Assembly: GCA_031415995.1 (NCBI GenBank)
Contig: JANOSS010000105.1
Location: 14,089-78,088, forward strand
Length of the DNA stretch: 64,000 nucleotides
From: Caulobacter sp.
GTDB taxonomy: Bacteria > Pseudomonadota > Alphaproteobacteria > Caulobacterales > Caulobacteraceae
Direction of reading: 5' to 3'
Shown: piece after piece, positions 1 to 9,662 of the stretch
Layout of the letters: each line of letters opens with the position of its first letter
Position numbering within the stretch: position 1 is the first letter of the stretch
The notes under the pieces: model-generated
Told to the model about the DNA's origin: nothing
Database searches by the model: none
The model's input: only the letters and a program-made list of their open reading frames with translations
Position numbers and translations under genes: made by a program

Positions 1-1
1 G

Positions 2-733
2 ATGGCCGGGGCCGAAGAGATCATGGCGGCGCTGCCCGCCAACCTGAAATACGCGCGGATCGGCCTGGTGCTGAACATGCGCGGCTGGGAGCGCTGTGTG
101 GCGGCCCAGTGTGACGAGGCCAATGTGGTGGTCTGCGCCACCGACGGTTTCGGGACCCGCAACCAGGGCTCGACCACCAGCCAGCAGATCGACACGCTGG
201 CGGGCATTGTCGAGCGTCAAGCCGTCGAGGGCGGTCCGCCGATCACCGCGACCCTGTCGGTGGCCTTCGGCTGTCCGTTCGATGGCGAAGTCAGTGAGGA
301 TCAGGTCGTGGCCATCGTCCGCGAGATCGCCCTGCTTGGGGTTCCCGAAATCGCCATCGCCGACACCATCGGGGTCGCCGACCCCTGGACCGTCCGCAAA
401 CGGATCGAGGCCGTGCGCGCCGCCGCGCCGGACGCGCGCCTGCGCATGCACTTTCACGACACCCGCAATACCGGCCTGGCCAACGCCTTCGCCAGTGTCG
501 AGGCCGGCGTCGACGTGCTGGACGCCTCGGTCGGCGGCCTGGGCGGCTGTCCGTTCGCGCCCAACGCCACCGGCAATATCGGCACCGAGGATCTGGTCTA
601 CATGCTGGAGCGGGCCGGCTTTGAGACCGGCTATGATCTTGGCGCGTTGATCCAGACCGGGCGCGCGATCAGCGAGCGTCTGGGCAAGGCGCCGGCCTCT
701 TCCCTGGCGCGCGCTGGAGGTTTCCCCGCATGA
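2..733 (+). CDS. hmgL: Hydroxymethylglutaryl-CoA lyase (5' end outside the window)
   Basis: Motifs VAFGCPFDG, IADTIG, MHFHDTRNTGLAN and GGLGGCPFAPNATGNIGTED of the HMG-CoA lyase family. Confidence 0.9.
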   Translation: MAGAEEIMAALPANLKYARIGLVLNMRGWERCVAAQCDEANVVVCATDGFGTRNQGSTTSQQIDTLAGIVERQAVEGGPPITATLSVAFGCPFDGEVSEDQVVAIVREIALLGVPEIAIADTIGVADPWTVRKRIEAVRAAAPDARLRMHFHDTRNTGLANAFASVEAGVDVLDASVGGLGGCPFAPNATGNIGTEDLVYMLERAGFETGYDLGALIQTGRAISERLGKAPASSLARAGGFPA

Positions 734-1101
734 TCCGCTTCGTCCTGATCGCCGGGGCCGCCCTCGTATTGCTGAGCGCCTGCGCCGCCACCCCGCCGGC
801 CCCGGACGCCGCGCGCTGCGATGTCACCGTCAAGTTCGGCAGCTATGGCATGGGCATTGATCACGTGCTGGCTGACAGCGTCGGCGCGGCGGTCAAGGGC
901 GACCGCGATCTGGCCCGCGTCGAGCGCAAGCCGTGGGGGCGCGAGGGGGAATACGACCTGTGCCTGCAGGCCAAGAGCGGCCGCGACGCCAAGGCGATCT
1001 ACGAACGCTACCGCGCCATGCTGCCGGGCCGGGCCCTGAAGGCGCCGACCTCGATCGAGGGGCCGGATGGTCTGAGATACGAGACAATCGCGCCGATGTA
1101 G
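730..1101 (+). CDS. Small predicted lipoprotein of unknown function
   Basis: Hydrophobic signal with lipobox LLLSAC; ATGA overlap with the hmgL stop. Confidence 0.7.
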   Translation: MIRFVLIAGAALVLLSACAATPPAPDAARCDVTVKFGSYGMGIDHVLADSVGAAVKGDRDLARVERKPWGREGEYDLCLQAKSGRDAKAIYERYRAMLPGRALKAPTSIEGPDGLRYETIAPM

Positions 1102-1116
1102 CGGCTTGGCCGCTAT

Positions 1117-1132
1117 CCCGGCGAAAGCCGGG
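1117..1132. terminator. GAAA-tetraloop hairpin between convergent genes (terminator or REP-like remnant)
   Basis: cccggc-gaaa-gccggg between the stops at 1101 and 1148; no clear U tract. Confidence 0.35.
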
Positions 1133-1147
1133 GGCAGCCGGGCCCGA

Positions 1148-2074
1148 CTAGATCGGCCGCCCGGTGATCTTCCACAGTAGCGGACGGCAGACCGACATCA
1201 GCATGATGGCCGGGGCCAGGAACACGGCCAGGGCGTAGCGCTGCAGGGTGTCGGCGCGCTTGATGAAGTAGCGGGACAGGCCCACGCCCTTGTGGAACTC
1301 GACCTTGACCGGGTGTTCCAGGCTGGTGTGGCCCAGATGCACGACCTGGGCCTTGGGCTGGAAGATCACTTCGCCGCCGGCCTGACGGGCGCGCCAGCAC
1401 AGGTCGATGTCCTCGACGTGCAGGAAATAGCCCTCGTCAAAGCCGTCCAGCGCCTCAAAATCAACCCGCCGCAGTGCGAAACAGGCGCCCGAAATGGTCG
1501 GCATCGGCACCGGCGAGCGCGGCAGGGGTTCGGTTTCCCGATGAATCTCGTAGCCTGACAACCCGGCATAGCGACGGGTCAGATGACCAAAGCTGAGCAG
1601 GGTCGTGATCGGCGTTACCTCGCCGCGACGCCCGCCGCGCTGCTCGGAGCCGTCGGTGTTCATCACCCGCGCGCCGACCACGGTCGGGGTGGGCTGGCCG
1701 CGGAAGGCGGTCACCAGCGCCGCGATGCAACCGGTCTGCATGTTGGCGTCGGGATTGATGAAAATGATGTATTCGCCCTTGGCCGTCGTGGCGCCCAGAT
1801 TGGCGCCGCGCGCGAAGCCGACATTGCCGTGGCCCTGCTGGAGCACGACGCGCGGCTCGGTCAGGCCCAGGGCCCGCAGCATCTCGGCGTCGCGCGGGGA
1901 CGAGCCATTGTCGACGATGACGAACTCGTCGACCAGCGGCTCGTCCAGCACGTGCTTGATGCTTTCGATCAGCGCGCCACCCGTCCGGTACACGACCATC
2001 ACCACCGAAATATTCGGTCTCGCCGGGCGGGCGCCGGCGGCAAGGGTCGTGAAGGATGGGAGGATGCTGTTCAT
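1148..2074 (-). CDS. Family 2 glycosyltransferase (rhamnosyltransferase-like, possibly surface polysaccharide)
   Basis: VIVDNGS, NVGFARGANLG, FINPDA, SGACF and FDEGYFLHVEDIDLCWRA motifs; start overlaps the thrS stop. Confidence 0.85.
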   Translation of the reverse strand: MNSILPSFTTLAAGARPARPNISVVMVVYRTGGALIESIKHVLDEPLVDEFVIVDNGSSPRDAEMLRALGLTEPRVVLQQGHGNVGFARGANLGATTAKGEYIIFINPDANMQTGCIAALVTAFRGQPTPTVVGARVMNTDGSEQRGGRRGEVTPITTLLSFGHLTRRYAGLSGYEIHRETEPLPRSPVPMPTISGACFALRRVDFEALDGFDEGYFLHVEDIDLCWRARQAGGEVIFQPKAQVVHLGHTSLEHPVKVEFHKGVGLSRYFIKRADTLQRYALAVFLAPAIMLMSVCRPLLWKITGRPI

Positions 2075-4056
2075 CAGGCGAGCGCTGCCTCTTGCACAGG
2101 CTTGGAAACACCGCGCGCACGGGCCAGATCCGGCGGGGTCGCTTCGGCGGTCAGAACGCGCACGGCCTCGTCGAGCGACAGAATGTTCTGCCCCTCGCCG
2201 CCCAGACGACGCAGGGCCACCTGCCCCGTCTCTGCTTCCTTGCGCCCCACCACAGCGATCACCGGAACCTTTGCGAGACTGTGCTCGCGAATCTTGTAGT
2301 TGATCTTTTCATTACGCAGATCGACCTCCGCGCGGATCCCCATACTCGTCAACTTTTCGACGACCTGAAGCGCATATTCATCCGCGTCAGAGGTAATCGT
2401 CGTCACAACAACCTGCGTCGGCGCCAGCCAAAGCGGCAGATGGCCAGCGAAGTTTTCCAGCAGAATACCGATAAACCGTTCGAACGACCCCAAGATTGCC
2501 CTGTGAAGCATCACCGGACGCTTTTTTGAACCGTCTTCCGAAACGTACTCTGCGTCCAGTCGTTCCGGCAAAACAAAGTCCAGCTGCAGCGTGCCGCACT
2601 GCCAGACGCGACCGATCGCGTCCTTTAGCGAGAACTCCAGCTTGGGGCCATAGAAAGCGCCTTCGCCGGGCTGGTCAACCAGACGTTCGCCGGCGGCCTC
2701 GGCGGCCGTGGCCAGAGCGTGCTCGGCCTTGTCCCAAACCTCGTCGGAGCCCGCGCGAAGCTCCGGACGCGTCGAGAACTTCACGTCGTGAAGCTGCATA
2801 CCGAGGTCGTTATACACGCTGCGCAACAGTTCGATGAACCTGGCGCTTTCCTCAGTGACCTGCTCTTCGCGGCAGAAGATGTGGGCGTCGTCCTGGGTGA
2901 AGGCCCGTACCCGCATGATGCCGTGCATGGCCCCCGAAGGCTCATAGCGGTGGCAGGCCCCGAACTCGGCCATGCGCAGCGGCAGTTCGCGATAGCTCTT
3001 CTGGCCGATATTGAAGATCTGGATATGACCCGGGCAGTTCATCGGCTTGACGGCTAGGACCTCGCCCTCGGCGCTTTCACACATGAACATGGCGTGGCCG
3101 AACTTTTCGGCGTGGCCCGACTTTTCCCACAGGCTGCGATCGAGGATCTGGGGGGTCTTGACCTCTTGATAGCCCGCAGCGTCCAGGCGGCGGCGCATAT
3201 AGGCCTCCAGCGCCAGATACAGCGTCCAGCCCTTGGGGTGCCAGAAGATCATGCCCTTGCCCTCTTCCTGCAGGTGGAAGAGGTTCATGGTGCGGCCCAG
3301 CTTGCGGTGATCGCGCTTCTCGGCTTCCTCGACCCGCAGCAGATAGGCGGCCAGATCGGCGTCGCTGGCCCACGAGGTGCCATAGATGCGCTGCAGCTGG
3401 GCGTTGTTCTGGTCGCCGCGCCAATAGGCGCCGGCCAGCTTGGTCAGCTTGAAGGCCTTGCCCACCGCCTTGGTCGAGGGAAGGTGCGGCCCGCGGCACA
3501 GGTCCTTCCACTTTTCGCCCTGGTGATAGACCGTGATCGTGTCGCTGGCCGGTAGATCACGGATGATCTGGGCCTTGTAGCTTTCGCCCAGGGCTTCGAA
3601 GTCGGCGATGGCCGCGTCGCGGTCGACCTCTTCGCGGCGGATCTTCTCGTCGCGGTCGACGATCTGGCGCATGCGCTCTTCGATCTTCGGCAGATCGTCC
3701 AGGCTGAAAGGCTCATCACTGGCGAAGTCGTAATAGAAGCCGTCCTCGACATTGGGGCCGATCGTCACCTGGGTGCCGGGGAACAGCTCCTGCACCGCCT
3801 GGGCCAGCACGTGGGCGGTGTCGTGGCGGATGACCTCCAGCACTTCGGGGGCGTCGCGGGTGATGATCTCGAACTTCCGATCGCCGGTCAGGAGATCGGG
3901 CGTCAGGGGGCGATCAAGGTCCAGCAGCACGCCGTCCAGCTTGATCAGAAGCGCCTTCTTTTCCAGCGACTTGGAAATGGCGGCCGCCACGTCGCGACCG
4001 CTGGAGCCAGCGGGGTATTGACGGGACGAACCGTCGGGGAAAACCAGGTCGATCAT
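2074..4056 (-). CDS. thrS: Threonyl-tRNA synthetase
   Basis: TGS domain, [55 protein letters not shown]. Confidence 0.99.
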   Translation of the reverse strand: MIDLVFPDGSSRQYPAGSSGRDVAAAISKSLEKKALLIKLDGVLLDLDRPLTPDLLTGDRKFEIITRDAPEVLEVIRHDTAHVLAQAVQELFPGTQVTIGPNVEDGFYYDFASDEPFSLDDLPKIEERMRQIVDRDEKIRREEVDRDAAIADFEALGESYKAQIIRDLPASDTITVYHQGEKWKDLCRGPHLPSTKAVGKAFKLTKLAGAYWRGDQNNAQLQRIYGTSWASDADLAAYLLRVEEAEKRDHRKLGRTMNLFHLQEEGKGMIFWHPKGWTLYLALEAYMRRRLDAAGYQEVKTPQILDRSLWEKSGHAEKFGHAMFMCESAEGEVLAVKPMNCPGHIQIFNIGQKSYRELPLRMAEFGACHRYEPSGAMHGIMRVRAFTQDDAHIFCREEQVTEESARFIELLRSVYNDLGMQLHDVKFSTRPELRAGSDEVWDKAEHALATAAEAAGERLVDQPGEGAFYGPKLEFSLKDAIGRVWQCGTLQLDFVLPERLDAEYVSEDGSKKRPVMLHRAILGSFERFIGILLENFAGHLPLWLAPTQVVVTTITSDADEYALQVVEKLTSMGIRAEVDLRNEKINYKIREHSLAKVPVIAVVGRKEAETGQVALRRLGGEGQNILSLDEAVRVLTAEATPPDLARARGVSKPVQEAALA

Positions 4057-4307
4057 TCTTCACATGTCCACTTGCGTGGCTGGTCGCGCGGCGGAGGCGG
4101 GTCATACCCCGAACCTCCAAACGGATTGCATCGGCAAATCCGTCGCAACGCCAGCCAGGACCCCTTGGCGGGTCCGTGATCCTTGAGCGCCTGAGCCGCA
4201 TACTCCGAACAACTCGGCATGAAACGGCACTGACGCCCGATGAGGGGCGAGAGCGTCAACTTGTAGACCCGAAGGCCAAGGTCGACGGTGCGGTCGTAAA
4301 AGGTCAT
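4053..4307 (-). CDS. yidD: Membrane protein insertion efficiency factor YidD
   Basis: [18 protein letters not shown] and [17 protein letters not shown]; ATG at 4307 preferred over the TTG at 4319. Confidence 0.92.
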   Translation of the reverse strand: MTFYDRTVDLGLRVYKLTLSPLIGRQCRFMPSCSEYAAQALKDHGPAKGSWLALRRICRCNPFGGSGYDPPPPRDQPRKWTCEE

Positions 4308-4359
4308 GCCAGCGCGCAATTGTTTCGAGGGTGGTTATCGCACCCGCGAAAAGCCGCAA

Positions 4360-4821
4360 TCAAGCGGCGCCGGCGCTGCTAGTTCGCGTTTCCGTCGCGG
4401 CTGTGGCCCGAGAGACAGCCTCCACCGCCGCCTCGAACGCCAGAAGCGTCGACGCATGACGGGCGGGGTAGGCCTTTACAGGCTCAAGCACGGCAAGCTC
4501 CGAGAACCGGCCCGCAGGAGATGGGCCGTTGCGCTTGAGCATAGCGCGTAGGGAATCTCGCGCCAACTCGATCTCGGAAAGATCCGCGCCGATGATGTTG
4601 GCGCCCAGGATTGCGGCGCTGGCCTGCCCCAGGGCGCAGGCCGAAACCTCCTGGGCGAAGTCGCTGACCTTGCCGTCCGCCATCGTCACATCGACCGTGA
4701 TGCGGCTGCCGCACAGCTTGGCGGTCTTCTCCGACGACGCATCGGGCGTCGCCAGCCGCCCGGCGCGCGGGATATTGGCGACCAGAGTCAGGATCTTGGC
4801 GCTGTAGAGCTCGTCGATCAT
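4360..4821 (-). CDS. IscU/NifU-N-like Fe-S scaffold family protein
   Basis: LYSAKIL, LCGSRITVDV, SACALGQASA and RHAS resemble the NifU_N fold. Confidence 0.75.
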   Translation of the reverse strand: MIDELYSAKILTLVANIPRAGRLATPDASSEKTAKLCGSRITVDVTMADGKVSDFAQEVSACALGQASAAILGANIIGADLSEIELARDSLRAMLKRNGPSPAGRFSELAVLEPVKAYPARHASTLLAFEAAVEAVSRATAATETRTSSAGAA

Positions 4822-5288
4822 CAGGCTGAAGTGGGGCTGTTCTGGCGCTGAGACCAGAGGGCCTCGGCATGATCGCGCAGGGCCTCGCCCATCTGGGTGT
4901 AGGCCGCCTTCAGCTTGCGGCGGTCATCCCTGCTGATCCAGCGCACCAGCAGGCCCATGAACAGCTCGCCGTTCGAGAAGGTCGAGCTGCCGGGGCCCAT
5001 GGTCTCGATCTCGATATAGCGGATGGCGGTAACGAAGCCGCCCAGGCGGGTCGAGCGCCAGTGAAGTTGCTCATACGGCACCCAGTCCTGGACGACCGGC
5101 TGGATCACCCGCACCGGCTCGCCCGGCAGGGCCTGGTGCACGCTCAATGACGTGCCGATCTTCAGCTGGCCCTCGGCCCGGGGATGGACCGGGTTCCACT
5201 GCTCCCAGGTCGAGAAGTCCGAGATCAGCTCCCAGATCAGTTCGGCCGGGGCCTGGATGCCAATGCGGTGTTCGACGGCTCTTTGCAT
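4821..5288 (-). CDS. SRPBCC (polyketide cyclase/dehydrase-like) family protein
   Basis: IGIQAPAELIWELISDFSTWEQWNP N-terminus typical of START/SRPBCC proteins. Confidence 0.75.
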   Translation of the reverse strand: MQRAVEHRIGIQAPAELIWELISDFSTWEQWNPVHPRAEGQLKIGTSLSVHQALPGEPVRVIQPVVQDWVPYEQLHWRSTRLGGFVTAIRYIEIETMGPGSSTFSNGELFMGLLVRWISRDDRRKLKAAYTQMGEALRDHAEALWSQRQNSPTSA

Positions 5289-5384
5289 GGGCGGGCTTTT
5301 AGCACTGGAAGCGCGCCGGGTTAAACCCGTCCACGGTGCCGATCATTTTCCTGGCCGCTATCTCGACGGCCGCAGACCGCCCTC

Positions 5385-5418
5385 CGGGATTTCCGTAGAC
5401 ATATATACGGAAATCCCG
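5385..5418. promoter_or_regulatory. 13-bp perfect inverted repeat, probable toxin-antitoxin autoregulatory operator
   Basis: cgggatttccgta-N8-tacggaaatcccg about 20 bp upstream of brnT. Confidence 0.7.
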
Positions 5419-5438
5419 CATGATTTTCATCCATGGGG

Positions 5439-5723
5439 ATGGAGTTTGAATGGGACGACGCCAAGGCGCAGAGCAATCTGGCCAAGCACGGCGTCCCGTT
5501 CGCCTATGCCGCCCGGGTGTTTCTTGACGCGGGGCTGATCGATTTCGATACGTCCCGCCCTGGAGATGGCGAGCCGCGCCGCAAGGCGGTGGGCGCGATC
5601 GAAGGGCGCCTGTTTACCGTGGTCTACACATCGCGGGGCGAACGCATTCGGATGATTTCGGCGCGGCGCTGCAACCTGACGGAGGAACGACGCTATGGTC
5701 CGCTTCACCCTCAACCTGAATGA
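5439..5723 (+). CDS. brnT: BrnT family (DUF497) toxin
   Basis: MEFEWDDAKAQSNLAKHGVPF, VVYTSRGERIRMISARR. Confidence 0.9.
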   Translation: MEFEWDDAKAQSNLAKHGVPFAYAARVFLDAGLIDFDTSRPGDGEPRRKAVGAIEGRLFTVVYTSRGERIRMISARRCNLTEERRYGPLHPQPE

Positions 5724-6051
5724 GCTTCCGGCGCTGAGCGCCGACCAGAAGGCGCGCCTGGACGCCATGGACGATGCGGCGTTGAGCGTCGCGGCGGCGT
5801 CCGATGCCGACAATCCGCCCCTGACGGAGGATGAGCTCGATCGCCTGAGCGCCGCGCGACATGTGCGTCAGGTGCGGGCCCAGACCGGCCTGAGCCAGAC
5901 GCTGTTCGCCAAGACCTTCCACATCAATGTAGCCCGCCTGCGCGATCTGGAGCAGGGCCGCACCCAGCCCGACAGCGCCGTGCTGGCCTATCTGGCCGTG
6001 ATCGACAAGGAGCCCGACGCCGTGCGCCGGGCGCTGGCCAGCGTCGACTGA
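5695..6051 (+). CDS. Antitoxin with C-terminal XRE-type HTH domain
   Basis: Overlaps brnT; DNPPLTEDEL region followed by VRAQTGLSQTLFAKTFHINVARLRDLEQGRTQP. Confidence 0.8.
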   Translation: MVRFTLNLNELPALSADQKARLDAMDDAALSVAAASDADNPPLTEDELDRLSAARHVRQVRAQTGLSQTLFAKTFHINVARLRDLEQGRTQPDSAVLAYLAVIDKEPDAVRRALASVD

Positions 6052-6053
6052 CC

Positions 6054-6815
6054 TCAGTCCCGCACCAGTCCGCCATCGACGACCAGGTTCTGGCCGGTGA
6101 CCGCGCGGCTCCAGGGCGAGGCGAAGAACAGCACCGCGTCGGCGAACTCGGCCGGGGTGGTCACCCGGCGCAGAGGCGTGCTCTGGGCGATCAGGTCGAA
6201 GATCGCTTCCGGCGTCGCCGCGCTGGCGTCGGTGGTGCGCAGCAGGCCGCCCGACAGCATGTTGACGGTGATACCGCCGGGACCGAGATCGGCCGCCGCC
6301 GTGCGGGTCAGCGACAGCAGGGCGGCCTTGGCGGCGGTATAGTCGTGGTAGGGCACGACCGGGTTCTGGAACAGGTTGGTGCCGATATTGATCACCCGAC
6401 CAAAGCCAGCGTTTTCCATGGCCGGCGCCGTGGCCTGGATCAAGTTCAGCGACCCGCGCAGCGACACGTCCAGCTGGCCCTGGAAATCCTCCCACGGGAT
6501 TGACTGGATGGTTTCCCGGCTATCGCCGTTGAAGCTGAAGTCGCCCAGGGCATTGTTGACCACCGTGGTGACGTGGCTGCCGAAATGCTCGGCCGCCTCA
6601 TTGACCATGCGGCGGACGCCTTCGCGATCGCTGACATCGGCCTGGATCGCCACGGCATGGTCGCCCAGCTCCTCGGCCAAGGCGAGGGCGGCGGCTTCGC
6701 TACGGCGATAGTTGATCACCACCGACGCGCCGTGGCCCGCGAAGGCCCGAGCGATGGCCGCGCCCAGTCCCCGGCCCGCGCCGGAGACCAGGACGATCTG
6801 TTCGTTCAGCTTCAC
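6054..6815 (-). CDS. Short-chain dehydrogenase/reductase (FabG-like)
   Basis: GAGRGLG, NNA, YTAAK catalytic motif, VTGQNLVVDGG; GTG start 5 bp after the cysS stop. Confidence 0.85.
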   Translation of the reverse strand: MKLNEQIVLVSGAGRGLGAAIARAFAGHGASVVINYRRSEAAALALAEELGDHAVAIQADVSDREGVRRMVNEAAEHFGSHVTTVVNNALGDFSFNGDSRETIQSIPWEDFQGQLDVSLRGSLNLIQATAPAMENAGFGRVINIGTNLFQNPVVPYHDYTAAKAALLSLTRTAAADLGPGGITVNMLSGGLLRTTDASAATPEAIFDLIAQSTPLRRVTTPAEFADAVLFFASPWSRAVTGQNLVVDGGLVRD

Positions 6816-6820
6816 GACGC

Positions 6821-8212
6821 TCAGTCCTTCATCCGCCAGGTCGCCCCGGCCGGACCGTCCATGACCACCACGCCCAGAGCATCGAGCTCCGCGCGGATGG
6901 CGTCGGCGGCGGTCCAGTCCTTGGCGGCGCGGGCCTCAACCCTGCGCTTGAGCAGGTCCTCGACCTGGGCCTTCAGGTCGTCGGAGGCGTCGCCCTCGAA
7001 CCAGCTGTCAGGATCGGCCTGCAGGAAGCCCAGCAGGGCGCCGGCCTCGATCAGCCGGGCCTTGTTGGCGGCGATGGCGACGGTGTCGCCGGCGGTGACC
7101 GCCCGCTCGATGGCGCTGGAGACCTCGAAGAAGCAGGCAATCGCCTGCGGCGTGTTGAGATCGTCCTCAAGCGCGGCGACCACTTCTTCGGGGGCCTCCA
7201 TCGCCTGGTCCATCGGCACGTCCTTGGCGCGACGCAGGGCGCCGTACAGACGGTCCAGGGCCTTGCGCGACTGCTCCAGCAGCTCCGGCGTCCAGTCTAG
7301 AGGCTGGCGATAGTGCGCCGACAGCAGGGCCCAGCGGATCACTTCGCCCGGCGTGGTCTTCAGCAGCTCGTTGGGCAGGATCACATTGCCCAGGCTCTTG
7401 GACATCTTCTCGCCGGACATATCCAGGAAGCCGTTGTGCATCCAGTAATTGGCCAGCACCGGCAGGTCATGGGCGCAGCGGCTCTGGGCCAGCTCGTTCT
7501 CATGGTGCGGGAAGGCCAGGTCGATGCCGCCGCCATGGATGTCGATGGTCTGACCCAGCGCCTTGTCGATCATGGCCGAGCATTCGATGTGCCAGCCGGG
7601 ACGGCCCGCGCCGAATGGGCTTTCCCACACCGGCTCGTTTTCCTTGGACGGCTTCCACAGCACGAAGTCGGCGGGGTGGCGCTTATAGGGCGCGACCTCG
7701 ACGCGGGCCCCGGCGATCATGTCGTCCATGTTGCGGCCCGACAGCTGGCCGTAGTCAGGGAAGGCCTGGGTGTCGAACAGCACATGGCCCTCGGCGGCAT
7801 AGGCCTTGCCGGTTTCGACCAGCTTGCCGATCATCGCGACGATCTCGCCGATATGCTCTGTGGCCCGGGGCTCGAGGTCGGGGCGCAGGGCCAGCAGACC
7901 GTCAGCGTCGGCGTGATAGGCGGCCAGATAGCGATCGGTGATCGTCTTGATCGGCACGCCTTCTTCGAAGGCCTTCTTGTTGATCTTGTCGTCCACGTCA
8001 GTGACGTTGCGGGCATAGACCACCGCGTCCGCGCCATAGATGTGGCGCAGCATCCGGTACAGCACGTCGAACACCACCACCGGCCGGAAGTTGCCGATGT
8101 GGGAGTAGTTGTAGACCGTGGGCCCGCAGACATACATCGTCACCCGGTTCGGATCGGCGGGAACGAAGGCGCGCTTTTCGCGCGTCAGGGTGTCGTGGAG
8201 CTTCAAGGTCAT
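6821..8212 (-). CDS. cysS: Cysteinyl-tRNA synthetase
   Basis: MYVCGPTVY, HIGN, GRPGWHIECSAM, DIHGGGIDLAFPHHENE, KMSKS. Confidence 0.99.
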   Translation of the reverse strand: MTLKLHDTLTREKRAFVPADPNRVTMYVCGPTVYNYSHIGNFRPVVVFDVLYRMLRHIYGADAVVYARNVTDVDDKINKKAFEEGVPIKTITDRYLAAYHADADGLLALRPDLEPRATEHIGEIVAMIGKLVETGKAYAAEGHVLFDTQAFPDYGQLSGRNMDDMIAGARVEVAPYKRHPADFVLWKPSKENEPVWESPFGAGRPGWHIECSAMIDKALGQTIDIHGGGIDLAFPHHENELAQSRCAHDLPVLANYWMHNGFLDMSGEKMSKSLGNVILPNELLKTTPGEVIRWALLSAHYRQPLDWTPELLEQSRKALDRLYGALRRAKDVPMDQAMEAPEEVVAALEDDLNTPQAIACFFEVSSAIERAVTAGDTVAIAANKARLIEAGALLGFLQADPDSWFEGDASDDLKAQVEDLLKRRVEARAAKDWTAADAIRAELDALGVVVMDGPAGATWRMKD

Positions 8213-8406
8213 GGGAAACGCGTCTGCCTGACGTAGCGGGAGGGTGTTGCGGAGGGCCGGGAGGGTCCCATATAGCTATTGGACACGCCGACGACACGTC
8301 ATCTTTTCGACGAGCTCGGTCGTAGCTGTGAAACGGGTGGCACGCGTCATTCCAGAGCGACAGGCGCTCTGGCGCAACTCAGCCCGTGGAAAGACTCTCT
8401 CAAACC

Positions 8407-9045
8407 ATGGACGCCCTGACCAGCGCGCGAACCCTGACCGGCCAAGAAGACGCCGCTCTTGATCTTGAACCCGCCCAGCGCCCCACCCGCGACGAGGCCA
8501 TGGCCGCCGTCCGGACCCTGCTGGCCTGGGCCGGCGACAATCCCGACCGCGAAGGCCTGCTCGACACGCCCAAGCGCGTGGTCGACGCCTATGGCGAGTG
8601 GTTCGCCGGCTATGACGGCGACCCGGCCAAGGAGCTGAGCCGCACCTTCGAGGACGTGCAGGGCTATGACGACATGGTCATGCTGCGCGGCATCGACGTG
8701 CAGAGCCATTGCGAGCACCACATGGCGCCGTTCCTGGGCAAGGCCTGGGTGGCCTATATGCCGACCGGCAAGGTGGTCGGCCTCTCCAAGCTGGCCCGCC
8801 TGGTCGAGATCTACGCCAAGCGTCTCCAGACCCAGGAGACCATGACCATGCAGGTGGCCGACGCCATCGAGGACCACCTCAGCGCCGCCGGCGTCGCCGT
8901 GCTGATCGACGCCGAACATCAGTGCATGAGCACCCGCGGCGTCCACCACCACGACGTCTCGACCATCACTAACCAGTTCCGCGGCGTGTTCAGGACCGAC
9001 AAGGTCCTGCAGCAGCGGTTCATGGACCTGGTGGTGCGGAAGTAG
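8407..9045 (+). CDS. folE: GTP cyclohydrolase I
   Basis: GLLDTPKRV, SHCEHHMAPF, GLSKLARLV, RLQTQE, HQCMSTRGV. Confidence 0.97.
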   Translation: MDALTSARTLTGQEDAALDLEPAQRPTRDEAMAAVRTLLAWAGDNPDREGLLDTPKRVVDAYGEWFAGYDGDPAKELSRTFEDVQGYDDMVMLRGIDVQSHCEHHMAPFLGKAWVAYMPTGKVVGLSKLARLVEIYAKRLQTQETMTMQVADAIEDHLSAAGVAVLIDAEHQCMSTRGVHHHDVSTITNQFRGVFRTDKVLQQRFMDLVVRK

Positions 9046-9053
9046 TTTCGGCC

Positions 9054-9156
9054 GTGCGTCCTTCGAGGCCCGCTGCGCGGGCGCCTCAGGATGAGGAACT
9101 CAGAAAATCTTCCTCATCCTGAGGTGCGAGGCGAAGTCGAGCCTCGAAGGACGCAC
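9054..9156. repeat. ~103-bp palindromic intergenic (REP/MITE-like) element
   Basis: 16-bp terminal inverted repeat gtgcgtccttcgaggc/gcctcgaaggacgcac and inner repeat cctcaggatgagga/tcctcatcctgagg. Confidence 0.8.
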
Positions 9157-9251
9157 AGCTAAACCGATCCCTTGATCCCCTCGCGGATCTTCGCCACGCA
9201 GGCGTCCACGGGCCGGTGGACCAGCGAGGCCTGTCGGCGCCATATGGGCGC

Positions 9252-9662
9252 ATGACCGCGCCCATCTTCCCGCCCGCCCCCGACAAGCACGCCCTGGAAC
9301 GGGGCGACCAGCTGGCCCCGCGCTTCAACGCCGACGGCCTGGTGGTCGCCATCGCCCAGCACGCCGACACCGGCGAGATCCTGATGCTGGCCTGGATGAA
9401 CGACGAAGCCTTGAAGCTGACCGTCGACACCGGGATCGCCCACTATTTCAGCCGCTCGCGCGGCGAACTCTGGAAAAAGGGCGAGACCAGCGGCCAGCTT
9501 CAGCTGGTCGAGGCACTGCGGGTCGACTGCGACCAGGACGCCGTGCTGATCAAGGTGCGGCCGCAGGGCGATGGCGGCGCCTGCCACGTCGGCTTCCGCT
9601 CGTGCTTCTATCGGGTGATGGAAGACGGCCGGCTGGTCGAGCGGGAAGACGCGATCGCATGA
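9252..9662 (+). CDS. hisI: Phosphoribosyl-AMP cyclohydrolase
   Basis: [44 protein letters not shown]. Confidence 0.96.
   Translation: MTAPIFPPAPDKHALERGDQLAPRFNADGLVVAIAQHADTGEILMLAWMNDEALKLTVDTGIAHYFSRSRGELWKKGETSGQLQLVEALRVDCDQDAVLIKVRPQGDGGACHVGFRSCFYRVMEDGRLVEREDAIA

Noticed and set aside
4360-4821. IscU-like protein with only two Cys (CGS and RHAS in place of CGD and RxxC)
   Set aside because: As far as I recall this is the normal alphaproteobacterial subfamily next to yidD/thrS, so not unusual
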